Translations under genes and position numbers: made by a program
Notes under the pieces: generated by a model
Databases searched by the model: none
What the model saw: only the letters and a program-made list of their open reading frames with translations
Told to the model about the DNA's origin: nothing
NCBI GenBank assembly: GCA_025357995.1
Contig: JANYLF010000068.1
Coordinates: forward strand, 1-35,208
Reading direction: 5' to 3'
DNA: 35,208 nucleotides
DNA from: Acidimicrobiia bacterium
GTDB lineage: Bacteria; Actinomycetota; Acidimicrobiia; IMCC26256; JAENVU01
Part shown: piece after piece, positions 25,383 through 33,686 of the stretch
Position numbering within the stretch: position 1 is the first letter of the stretch
Layout of the letters: each line of letters starts with the position of its first letter

Positions 25383-27154
25383 CGGAGCTCGGAGAGTGGT
25401 GACGACCGGAGGCTCTCGGCGGCCAGCTGGTGTTGGATCTCTGCGAGCGCGATCCGCGTTGCGTCTGGTGTCGCGCCTCGCCCGTCGAGGACGTACACCG
25501 CTCGATCCCGCAAGGACTTCGGGAGGTTCGCCGGGCGAATGAGATAGTCGGGGAGCACGAGCCGCTGACCCCTGCGCCGGGCAAAGATCTGGTCGAACGC
25601 GTCGAACCGGCGGCCCGGGACGAACTCGAGCACCTTGGCACCCGTGACATTCTTCGTAATCGCGTCCGTCGACGTCACGACGTCGGTCTCGGCCCGCAAC
25701 GGTCGGAACGGCCGACCTTGGCCCCAACCGCCGTTGCCGAGATCGACCCGTCGATCCACCAGCGCCTGCATTGCCGAACCGTCGACCGTTTGGACCGTCT
25801 GACCATCGACGATCGCAGTGACGTTCATCTGGTCGAGCATGCGCCGAATCGCCGGCTGCTCCACCTCGGCCTTCGACAAACGCACACCGAGGAACACTTT
25901 GTCGTGGGCCGAGCGCGGTGGTGCGGCCACGCCCACACCAAAGGCCGCGATGCCCTGGGCGCCAAGGGTGAGCATTCCGTAAACCGCGAGCGTGCAAAAG
26001 GTCGCCACCCGCACGCGGTGCGGGAGCTTCGGCATCTGGACCGGGTTCTCGACGCCGTCACGCCCGCGACGCGTGGCCTCACCGAGCACGTCGTCGGTGG
26101 CATCACCCGCGAACAGCGCGTGGGCACGCGCGATCTGCTCTTGGCGCGGCGCACTCGGCCGACTCAACACCGTCAAGGCGTCGGCCAGCTCGGCACCGTC
26201 GCGTGCGTACCGGGTGACTCCGAGCTGCGACATCCCCTCGGCGTTGTCCTTACCGTGACCCGCGATCGGCAAGAACGTGACCACCGGAAGCCCGACCGCA
26301 AACGCCTCATTTGCGGTAAGTCCGCCGGCGTTTTCCACCATGACGTCGCACGCGGCCATGAGTCGCGGCATGTCGTTGGTCCAGCCGAGGATCGAGCCGC
26401 GCCCGCGCGCTTCGAGCTCGACCTTGAGTTTCTCGTCACGCGCGCACACGACGACGGGATGGAAATCTCCGGCCGCGCAGATCGCGTCGAAGGTGCCGGT
26501 GATATCGCCGACGCCCCATGATCCGGCCACGACCAACACCGCACGTTCGCTGTCGGTGAGACCGAACTCGGCACGCGCCTCGCTGCGCCCCGCGCCGACT
26601 GCGGTACGGAACCGATCCGCGACCAAAGGACCAGGAGCGCGAGCGTCTTCGCCGCCGCGGGTCCGCGCGGTGGCGGCCGCGAACTCACTCGTCGCGAGAT
26701 GCACGTCCACGTGCGGATGCACCCACAGCGGATGCACCGCGAAATCGGTGAGGTACGTGATGACGGGAACCTTGAGCCATCGCTTCTTGCGCATGTTCCC
26801 GAGTACGAGCGACGACAGGGGATACGTGGACACCACGACATCCGCGTCCGTCTCGGTGATGGCCCGGCGCAGACGCTTGCCGGCGACGAACGTATCGAGG
26901 CGAACGATGAATCCCCAGGTGGAGGGGAGCTTGTACCAAAGCCGGTACGTGAGCTCGTAGCTCCACGGCGCGACCCGGAGCTGCACCAGGTAGCTCCACT
27001 TGATGAACCACCCAATGCCGAACGGGCAGCAGTGGAGGAAGTCCACGATGCGGACGGTGTGGCCCTGGGCTTCGAGGCGCTTGCGGAGCTCGTGCGCCGC
27101 GCCGTCGTGGCCCGCGCCCATCGACGCCGAAACGATCAGAATCCGCCGAGCCAT
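25379..27154 (-). CDS. GT28 / MGDG-synthase-family glycosyltransferase fused to a TM helix and a ~175-aa C-terminal domain (degenerate NodB-like)
   Basis: RILIVSASMGAGHDGAAHEL, VVVSTYPL, ITYLTDFAVHPLW, VMVENAGGLTANEAFAVGLPVV. TM helix VATFCTLAVYGMLTLGAQGIAAFGVGV at aa ~381-408. 591 aa from the ATG at 27154. Confidence 0.8.
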   Translation of the reverse strand: MARRILIVSASMGAGHDGAAHELRKRLEAQGHTVRIVDFLHCCPFGIGWFIKWSYLVQLRVAPWSYELTYRLWYKLPSTWGFIVRLDTFVAGKRLRRAITETDADVVVSTYPLSSLVLGNMRKKRWLKVPVITYLTDFAVHPLWVHPHVDVHLATSEFAAATARTRGGEDARAPGPLVADRFRTAVGAGRSEARAEFGLTDSERAVLVVAGSWGVGDITGTFDAICAAGDFHPVVVCARDEKLKVELEARGRGSILGWTNDMPRLMAACDVMVENAGGLTANEAFAVGLPVVTFLPIAGHGKDNAEGMSQLGVTRYARDGAELADALTVLSRPSAPRQEQIARAHALFAGDATDDVLGEATRRGRDGVENPVQMPKLPHRVRVATFCTLAVYGMLTLGAQGIAAFGVGVAAPPRSAHDKVFLGVRLSKAEVEQPAIRRMLDQMNVTAIVDGQTVQTVDGSAMQALVDRRVDLGNGGWGQGRPFRPLRAETDVVTSTDAITKNVTGAKVLEFVPGRRFDAFDQIFARRRGQRLVLPDYLIRPANLPKSLRDRAVYVLDGRGATPDATRIALAEIQHQLAAESLRSSPLSELR

Positions 27155-27228
27155 GGAAAGCTGAGCGTACTGCGAGAAGGCTGAGAACGCCTGGTTTTGA
27201 GGGCGAGCGCGAGAGAGGGAGCCCGCCG

Positions 27229-28245
27229 CTACCAGCCGAGGATCGCGCCGGCAATCATCCCCAGGATGAGCAGGCCACCGGCGCGGCGGGTCAGCAGGAA
27301 CGAATGCGGGGCGAACCACAGCGGCCAGACCGGATTCGGCATGGGCGATTCAGCCGGTTTGGGCGACCCGTAAACCTTCCACACCCTGGCCAGCAGCGGG
27401 AGCGACGCGAACACGAGCAGCGTGCCGATCGGGAGTATCCGGGCGACGACCAGACCCGCGACGAGCGCGTAGAACACCACGAACATGCCGCGGGTCACCT
27501 GACGTGCGGGACCGTCACCGAGGATCACCGGCAGCGTGCGCGTGCCCGCGGGTCCGTCCCACGGTGCCTTGTCGATGTGCTTGCCCATCAGGACCGTCGT
27601 GCACAACACCGCGTACGGCAACGACGCAAGGAGAACCGCGCCGGGGATGGTTCCCGTGGCCGCGTAGTACACGCCGCCGACCATGAGCGGACCCCACACC
27701 GCGACGACCGTCGGCTCACCGAGGCCATGCTTCTTCAAGCGAATCGGCGGCGCGGTGTACGCGGCCGACAGCGCGAAGCCGCCGAGCGCGAAGCCGATGA
27801 TCGCGGGACCGCGTGCCACGGTGAGAGAAATCATGATGCCGAGGCACATCACGTTCACGATGAGCGCGTACATCGCGAGCCGGCCACGGGTGACCACACC
27901 GGAGATCACCGGGTGCGGCGAGTAGAGGTTGCGCGGGTAATCCTTGGTGTCGGTACCGACTTCGAGGTCGAACAGGTCGTTCATGATGTTGTTCGCCATA
28001 TGTGCGAGCACGAGGCCGACCGCGGCAACGACGAAGTACACCCAGTTCACGCTCGCATCACGGAAGACCGCGAGCAGACCGCCCAGCCCCGCGGCCACGA
28101 GCGTCATCGGCAGCACGCCCGCGCGCGTGAGCCACAACCACTTGGACACCGGATCCAGCGTGCCCTTCGGCGGGTTGGTGGTGGCCAGGACGTACAGCCA
28201 CTTCTTCGGGAGGCTCTCCCGCTGGCCAACCACGGCGTCAGTCAT
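27229..28245 (-). CDS. UbiA-superfamily prenyltransferase (MenA-like motifs)
   Basis: Asp-rich motif NNIMNDLFDLEVGTD and second motif GKHIDKAPWDGPAGTRTLPVILG. 8-9 TM. 338 aa from the ATG at 28245. Confidence 0.8.
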   Translation of the reverse strand: MTDAVVGQRESLPKKWLYVLATTNPPKGTLDPVSKWLWLTRAGVLPMTLVAAGLGGLLAVFRDASVNWVYFVVAAVGLVLAHMANNIMNDLFDLEVGTDTKDYPRNLYSPHPVISGVVTRGRLAMYALIVNVMCLGIMISLTVARGPAIIGFALGGFALSAAYTAPPIRLKKHGLGEPTVVAVWGPLMVGGVYYAATGTIPGAVLLASLPYAVLCTTVLMGKHIDKAPWDGPAGTRTLPVILGDGPARQVTRGMFVVFYALVAGLVVARILPIGTLLVFASLPLLARVWKVYGSPKPAESPMPNPVWPLWFAPHSFLLTRRAGGLLILGMIAGAILGW

Positions 28246-28287
28246 GCCATCGAGGCTACACACGTCACTTTTGGTCGGCCACCCTGG

Positions 28288-28367
28288 CGCGGAACTGTCG
28301 TACAAGGTGTTCACTTCTTCTGCAACGATCCGGCCGACCGCGAGACAACACGCGGAACGATCGTCAG
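28288..28367. promoter_or_regulatory. Two copies of CGCGGAAC-NN-TCGT spaced 63 bp apart in the divergent UbiA / Rieske-fusion control region
   Basis: 28288-28301 (cgcggaactgtcgt) and 28351-28364 (cgcggaacgatcgt), 12/14 identical. Read directly. Confidence 0.3.
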
Positions 28368-28387
28368 AACGGCGGGCAGACCGCGCC

Positions 28388-28394
28388 GAGGAGG
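28388..28394 (+). promoter_or_regulatory. Shine-Dalgarno GAGGAGG for the Rieske-GltS-like gene
   Basis: GAGGAGG followed by a 6-nt spacer and the ATG at 28401. Confidence 0.6.
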
Positions 28395-28400
28395 CACCCG

Positions 28401-30011
28401 ATGGAAATGGTGAAGATCGCAACCTGGAGTGAGATTCCGGACCGCGAACCGGTGGGCGTCATGCTCGAAGGGATCGACCTCGTCATCGTTCGCCAAGGCG
28501 ACGAGCACTCAGTGCTCTACGGACGCTGTCTTCACCGCGGCGCGCTGCTCGCCGACGGCCACATTCAAGGTGAAGACTTGATCTGCGGCGTGCACGGGTG
28601 GGACTACCGCATCGAGAGCGGTGTGAGTGCGTACAACAACGCCGAGGCGCTCGAGAAGTTCACCAGCGCGGTCGCGGGCGACGACCTGCTCGTCGACCGC
28701 ACCGAGGTATTGCATTTCTCGATGCGCCACCCGCAACCGTTCGATGCCGACGTGTACCAGGGTTACTACCAAGACCCGCACATGGTGCCCGAGGAGCCGT
28801 TCGTCGCGTACATCCACGAACTCGCCGCGAACGGTCTCACCAAGACCGGCCATCATGGTCCTCTCGGCGCAATGGGCGTGCCGCGTGACGACCTCCCGAA
28901 GTGGGATCACATCCAATTCGTCACCGCGCAGTTGGCGCGCCTCCCCAAGCTCGACGAGGAGCCCGTCGGCACCGACGTCTGTATCGGCCCGAACGCCGAC
29001 AAGCCGTTGTGGCTCGACATCCCACTGTTCGTCTCCGACATGAGCTTTGGCGCGTTGTCGCAAGAGGCGAAGACCGCGCTCGCGCGTGGCGCGGAACTCG
29101 CGGGCACCGGCATCTGCTCGGGCGAGGGCGGCATGTTGCCCGAGGAGCAGGCCGAGAACAGTCGGTACTTCTATGAGCTCGCGTCGGCGCGGTTCGGGTG
29201 GAACATCGACGTGCTCAAGAAGGTGCAGGCGTTCCACTTCAAGGGTGGCCAGGGCGCGAAGACGGGCACTGGTGGCCACCTGCCCGGCGACAAGGTCGTG
29301 GGCAGGATCGCGTCGGTCCGCAACCTTCCGGAAGGCACCGCGGCCATCTCCCCCGCACGCTTTCCGGACTGGAGGTCGATCGACGATTTCCGACGCTTCG
29401 CCGACGTCGTGCGTGAGGAGTCCGGCGGGATCCCGATCGGGTTCAAGCTCTCCGCGCAGCACATCGAGGAAGACCTCGACGCCGCGTTGGCCATCGGAGT
29501 CGACTACGTGATCCTCGACGGTCGCGGCGGCGGTACCGGCGCGGCACCCTTGTTGTTCCGCGACAACATCAGCGTGCCGACCATCCCCGCGTTAGCGCGA
29601 GCACGGCGCCACCTCGACCGTCGGAACCGGCGCGACATCACGCTCGTTGCGACCGGTGGGCTCCGTCACGCACCGGACTTCGCAAAGGCACTTGCCTTGG
29701 GTGCCGACGCGGTCGCAGTCGCGAACTCCGCGATCCAAGCGATCGGCTGTCTCGGGATGCGGGCATGCAACACGAACAACTGTCCCGTCGGCATCGCCAC
29801 CCAGAAGCCCCACTTGCGCGCCCGGCTGCCGGTGGACGAAGCCGCCGAACGATTGAATCGATTCCTGCGCGCGACCGTCGAGCTGATGCAGATCCTTGCC
29901 CGCGCGTGCGGGCACGACCACGTCCGCGAGTTCTCCGCCGACGATCTCACCACGTTCGACCGCGACATGGCGCACCTCACCGGCATTGCCTACGGCGGAG
30001 TCGCGCTCTGA
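28401..30011 (+). CDS. Rieske [2Fe-2S] domain fused to a glutamate-synthase-type FMN/[3Fe-4S] domain (no amidotransferase domain)
   Basis: CLH-x16-CGVH (aa 43-65). FVSDMSFGALS, KGGQGAKTGTGGHLPG, ILDGRGGGTGAAP. C-x5-C-x4-CP (CLGMRACNTNNCPVGIATQ, aa 450-462). 536 aa. Confidence 0.85.
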   Translation: MEMVKIATWSEIPDREPVGVMLEGIDLVIVRQGDEHSVLYGRCLHRGALLADGHIQGEDLICGVHGWDYRIESGVSAYNNAEALEKFTSAVAGDDLLVDRTEVLHFSMRHPQPFDADVYQGYYQDPHMVPEEPFVAYIHELAANGLTKTGHHGPLGAMGVPRDDLPKWDHIQFVTAQLARLPKLDEEPVGTDVCIGPNADKPLWLDIPLFVSDMSFGALSQEAKTALARGAELAGTGICSGEGGMLPEEQAENSRYFYELASARFGWNIDVLKKVQAFHFKGGQGAKTGTGGHLPGDKVVGRIASVRNLPEGTAAISPARFPDWRSIDDFRRFADVVREESGGIPIGFKLSAQHIEEDLDAALAIGVDYVILDGRGGGTGAAPLLFRDNISVPTIPALARARRHLDRRNRRDITLVATGGLRHAPDFAKALALGADAVAVANSAIQAIGCLGMRACNTNNCPVGIATQKPHLRARLPVDEAAERLNRFLRATVELMQILARACGHDHVREFSADDLTTFDRDMAHLTGIAYGGVAL

Positions 30012-31981
30012 TGGTCGCAACCCAGATGACACAGGACCCCAACGGATCCGTCTGGCACAAGGTGGCAGAGCTCGACGATGTCCCCGACGGGCGCGTACGG
30101 ACGGTACTGGCCGGGAAGCATTCGATCGCGCTCACGCGCGTCGGCGACCAGTACGGCGCGCTCGACAACCACTGTCCGCACCAAGGCGGTCCCCTCGGTG
30201 AAGGGTCTATCGAGAAGGGCCTGTTGCGGTGTCCGTGGCACGGGTACGACTACGACCCGCTCACCGGAACGCCGCCGTCGGGCTTCTCCGATGCACCGAA
30301 GTGCTTCCCGCTCGAGGTGCGCGCCGACGGCATCTACGTCGCGGTTGCTGTCGATGCGCCCCACGAACGCACCGTCTCGGACGTGATGGTCGAGACCATG
30401 GTCGAGTGGGGCGTCACCCATGTGTTCGGCATGGTCGGCCATTCCAACCTCGGATTCGCCGACGCAATGCGGCGCCAAGAGGTGGCCGGCAATCTCACGT
30501 TCGTCGGTATCCGCCACGAAGGTGCGGCCGCGTTTGCGGCGTCGGCGTACGGCAAGCTCACCGGCCGTCCCGCGGCGTGTTTCGCGATCGCCGGTCCGGG
30601 CTCCACCAACCTGCTCACCGGTTTGTACGACGCCAAGGTCGACCGCGCGCCAGTGCTCGCGATCTCCGGCCAAGTGCCGTCGAAGGTGCTGGGCCGCGGC
30701 GCCTTCCAAGACGTCGATCTCAACGCCGCGTTCGCCGCGGTGGCCAGCTACTCCAAGACCGTGCTCCCAAACTCGGACCACGCAGAGCTCATGACGCTGG
30801 CGTTGAAGCACGCGACGGTGCAGCGCGACGTCGCCCATCTCGTCTTCCCCGACGAAGTCCAGGAGAAGGTAGTGGGCGACGCGCCGCTGGCGTCGTCACC
30901 CGTCGGCCGAATCGGCGATGCGCGCATCGCGCCGCCTGACGCCGCGTTGGACGACGCGTTGGCGTTGATCGAAGGTGCCCGGCGGCCGGTCATCGTCGTG
31001 GGTCACGGCGTCCGCTTCGAGATGGACGCGGTGATGGAGCTGGCGGAGACGCTGCACGCGCCCGTGCTCACCACGTTCAAGGCGAAGGGCCAGGTCTCGG
31101 ACCACCATCCGCTCGGCGCCGGAGTACTCGGGCGAAGCGGCACGCCCGTCGCCAGCTGGCTCATGAACGAGTCGGACCTCTTGATCGTGCTGGGCGCGTC
31201 GTTCTCGAACCACACGGGGATCGCGTCGTACAAGCCGATCGTGCAGGTTGACTTCGACCCGATGGCGCTGGGTCGGTTCCATCCCGTGACGGTTCCCGTC
31301 CAGGGTCACGCGGGCGTGACCGCGCGGCTGATGGTCGAGCGGCTCGCGCCCGGTGGCGACCGGGCGGACCAACGTCCCGACGTGGCCGCGCGTTGGGCGA
31401 TCTGGCGCGCCGAGAAGGCGCGGCGCGTGCTCGACGATCGCGGCGAGGGCGTCTCTTCCGCCGCGGTGTTCGACGCGATGAACCGTCACGTACCGAATGA
31501 CGCGGTCATCACCGTCGACGTCGGGAACCAGGCGTACTCATTCGGCCGCTACTTCGAATGTCACGAACAGTCGATCCTGATGTCGGGGTACCTCGGCTCC
31601 ATCGGCTTCGGTTATCCCGCGGCCATGGGGGCATGGGCCGCCGTCGGCGACACCCGCAAGATCGTCGCGGTCACCGGCGACGGCGGCTTCGGTCAGTACC
31701 TCGCGGAGATCACGACCGCGGTGAAATACCACATGCCGATCACGCACGTGCTGCTCGATAACGCCTCCCTGGGCAAGATCACCAAAGAACAACGCGCCGC
31801 CGAATACGAGGTGTGGCAAACGTCGTTACACAATCCCGACTTCGCGGCATACGCGGAGCTGTGCGGTGCGATGGGGATCCGAGTCGACGCGGCTTCCGAA
31901 CTCGACGATGCATTGGACCGCGCCATCACGCACGACGGCCCGGCGCTCGTCGCCGTCCAAGCCGATGCCGAGCTCGTGTAG
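30011..31981 (+). CDS. Rieske [2Fe-2S] domain fused to a pyruvate-oxidase/acetolactate-synthase-type thiamine-diphosphate enzyme
   Basis: CPH-x16-CPWH (aa 55-77). Pyr domain GIRHEGAAAFAASAYGKLTG and AGPGSTNLLTGLYDA. ThDP/Mg motif GDGGFGQY...LLDN. The ATG at 30011 shares one base with the upstream TGA. 656 aa. Confidence 0.85.
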   Translation: MVATQMTQDPNGSVWHKVAELDDVPDGRVRTVLAGKHSIALTRVGDQYGALDNHCPHQGGPLGEGSIEKGLLRCPWHGYDYDPLTGTPPSGFSDAPKCFPLEVRADGIYVAVAVDAPHERTVSDVMVETMVEWGVTHVFGMVGHSNLGFADAMRRQEVAGNLTFVGIRHEGAAAFAASAYGKLTGRPAACFAIAGPGSTNLLTGLYDAKVDRAPVLAISGQVPSKVLGRGAFQDVDLNAAFAAVASYSKTVLPNSDHAELMTLALKHATVQRDVAHLVFPDEVQEKVVGDAPLASSPVGRIGDARIAPPDAALDDALALIEGARRPVIVVGHGVRFEMDAVMELAETLHAPVLTTFKAKGQVSDHHPLGAGVLGRSGTPVASWLMNESDLLIVLGASFSNHTGIASYKPIVQVDFDPMALGRFHPVTVPVQGHAGVTARLMVERLAPGGDRADQRPDVAARWAIWRAEKARRVLDDRGEGVSSAAVFDAMNRHVPNDAVITVDVGNQAYSFGRYFECHEQSILMSGYLGSIGFGYPAAMGAWAAVGDTRKIVAVTGDGGFGQYLAEITTAVKYHMPITHVLLDNASLGKITKEQRAAEYEVWQTSLHNPDFAAYAELCGAMGIRVDAASELDDALDRAITHDGPALVAVQADAELV

Positions 31982-31987
31982 CACCGT

Positions 31988-32380
31988 TCAACCTCGGGGC
32001 GCGTAGGCGTCGACTTCGATCTCGACGAGATGGTTCGGGTCGATCAGGCGGGACACCTCGACCATCGTCGCGACGGGCCTCACGTCGGCGAAGAACTCGC
32101 CGTGCACCCTCCCGATCAACTCCGAGTCGGCGATGTTCCGCACGAACATGCGCGTGCGCACGACATCGGTCATGGCCGCACCGGCTCGGCTGAGCGCGTC
32201 GGCGACGAGCTCCAACGCGACGCGCGTCTGTGCGGCGGCATCGCCGATGCCGATGACCACGCCGTCGACCGTCGCGGTGGTCCCGGCGACGTGCACGTGG
32301 TCACCCGCGCGGACCGCGCGGCAGTAGCCGACGGTCGCCTCCCACAGATTGTCGCTCCCGAATCGCTCGATCTCGGTCAT
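31988..32380 (-). CDS. RidA/YjgF family protein
   Basis: 130 aa; VRAGDHVHVAGTTA...VRTRMFV...ATMVEVSRLIDPNHLVEIEVDA. Confidence 0.8.
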   Translation of the reverse strand: MTEIERFGSDNLWEATVGYCRAVRAGDHVHVAGTTATVDGVVIGIGDAAAQTRVALELVADALSRAGAAMTDVVRTRMFVRNIADSELIGRVHGEFFADVRPVATMVEVSRLIDPNHLVEIEVDAYAPRG

Positions 32381-32435
32381 GACCCGAACCTAGATCCACC
32401 GACACCGCCACCCGTCGCCCTTTGCGCAGGTGCTT

Positions 32436-33041
32436 TCAGCCCTCGTTCGACGCCCGCCAGGTATCGACAGCCTCGCGGAAGCAGGCCGCGGCGACGAGCA
32501 GCGCGGCGCCCGGATCAGCCCACCAGAGTCCGGCCGCGGCGTTGAGCACGAGCGCGGTGAGAATGCCGGTTGCGAGACAGCCGTCGAGGAACGTCATCGA
32601 CGCTTCGGCGCGGAGAGGCGCGCTATTCGACGCGAGCGCCATCACGCGCTTGACCCGCGCGAGCCCGAACATCACGCTCGCGGTAACCACGAGGTACGCG
32701 ATTCCGAAGGGCGACGACTCCGCTTTCGCTCCCGTCGCAATCGAGTACGTGCTGGCGACGAGCAGATAGACACCGAGCACCACGAACGAGGCCGCGACGA
32801 GACGCAGCGCGCGCAGCGATCGCCGATCGGCGTGGTGGTCCTTGATGTACCAGATCGCGACCACCGACGCGAAGACCTCCACGATCGAGTCGAGTCCGAA
32901 CGCGACGAGCGCGAGCGAACCGGCCGCGACCCCCAACCCGATCGTGACGAAGACCTCCATGAGGTTCCACGCAATGGTCCAGAGCTGCAGCCGGCGGCCG
33001 CGCGCGAGTAGCGCATCGTGGTCGTCGCTGAGGTCGGTCAC
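32436..33041 (-). CDS. Cation diffusion facilitator-like transporter, transmembrane domain only
   Basis: 201 aa with about 6 TM. GSLALVAFGLDSIVEVFAS (TM2 D/E site). No C-terminal cytoplasmic domain. GTG start. Confidence 0.65.
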   Translation of the reverse strand: MTDLSDDHDALLARGRRLQLWTIAWNLMEVFVTIGLGVAAGSLALVAFGLDSIVEVFASVVAIWYIKDHHADRRSLRALRLVAASFVVLGVYLLVASTYSIATGAKAESSPFGIAYLVVTASVMFGLARVKRVMALASNSAPLRAEASMTFLDGCLATGILTALVLNAAAGLWWADPGAALLVAAACFREAVDTWRASNEG

Positions 33042-33074
33042 CTCGCGAGTCTCGCCGCTGCGACGCGCGCCGGT

Positions 33075-33680
33075 TCAGTCGAGTGGGGCGATGCGATGCC
33101 CATCGATCCCCGCGGCCCTGACGACGCCTCCCACGACATCGAGCCTCGCTCGCGCCACGAGCGTCGGAATGTCCATCATGGACCGGGCGAACGCCTCGAG
33201 CACGACGACGGTCGCGGGATCAGTGATGCGGCCATCGGCGTCCGACTTCGATTTCGGTGCATCGACGCCGAGACTCGCGACGATGTGCGCGCCCTGCCAC
33301 GTGAGGGTCTGCACGAGTGCACGTCGCGCGTGGTGACCACCCGACGTACCTACACTCACGAGCCCGACCGGCTTCGTGTACAACTCGCCCGAGCCGACGA
33401 TCCAGTCCAGCGCGTTCTTCACCACACCCGCGAGTGAGCCCGCGTACTCCGGTGACGCTATGACCACGGCCTTGACCCGGGCAATCCGTGCTCGCCAATC
33501 GTCGACGATCTCGCCCGCGTCGTCGACGTGATCCGGGTTGAACGGCGGGATGCGCGCAAGGAGGTCGTACTCGTCGACCGTGGCACCCGCGTCTCGCATG
33601 ACCGCGTGCACCACGTCGAGCGCAGCCCGATTCGACGACCGCGCCTGCAAGCTCCTACACACACTCAAGACGTGAGCCAC
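33075..33680 (-). CDS. NAD(P)H-dependent FMN reductase family flavoprotein
   Basis: VVIASPEYAGSLAGVVKNALDW. The N-terminal phosphate loop is only partly conserved (CRSLQARSSN). GTG start. Confidence 0.7.
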   Translation of the reverse strand: MAHVLSVCRSLQARSSNRAALDVVHAVMRDAGATVDEYDLLARIPPFNPDHVDDAGEIVDDWRARIARVKAVVIASPEYAGSLAGVVKNALDWIVGSGELYTKPVGLVSVGTSGGHHARRALVQTLTWQGAHIVASLGVDAPKSKSDADGRITDPATVVVLEAFARSMMDIPTLVARARLDVVGGVVRAAGIDGHRIAPLD

Positions 33681-33686
33681 GATGCG

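Noticed and set aside
27155-27228. Possible terminator or promoter in the 74-nt gap between the UbiA gene and the glycosyltransferase gene
   Set aside because: I found no convincing stem-loop or -10/-35 pair by eye, only the short word gctgag occurring twice. Operon continuity is left undecided.
28273-28339. 8-bp inverted repeat GGTCGGCC/GGCCGACC as a riboswitch-like stem upstream of the Rieske-GltS gene
   Set aside because: It is a single 8-bp helix enclosing 51 nt, with no further nested pairing and no resemblance to TPP or FMN riboswitch cores. It is mentioned only as part of the control-region finding.
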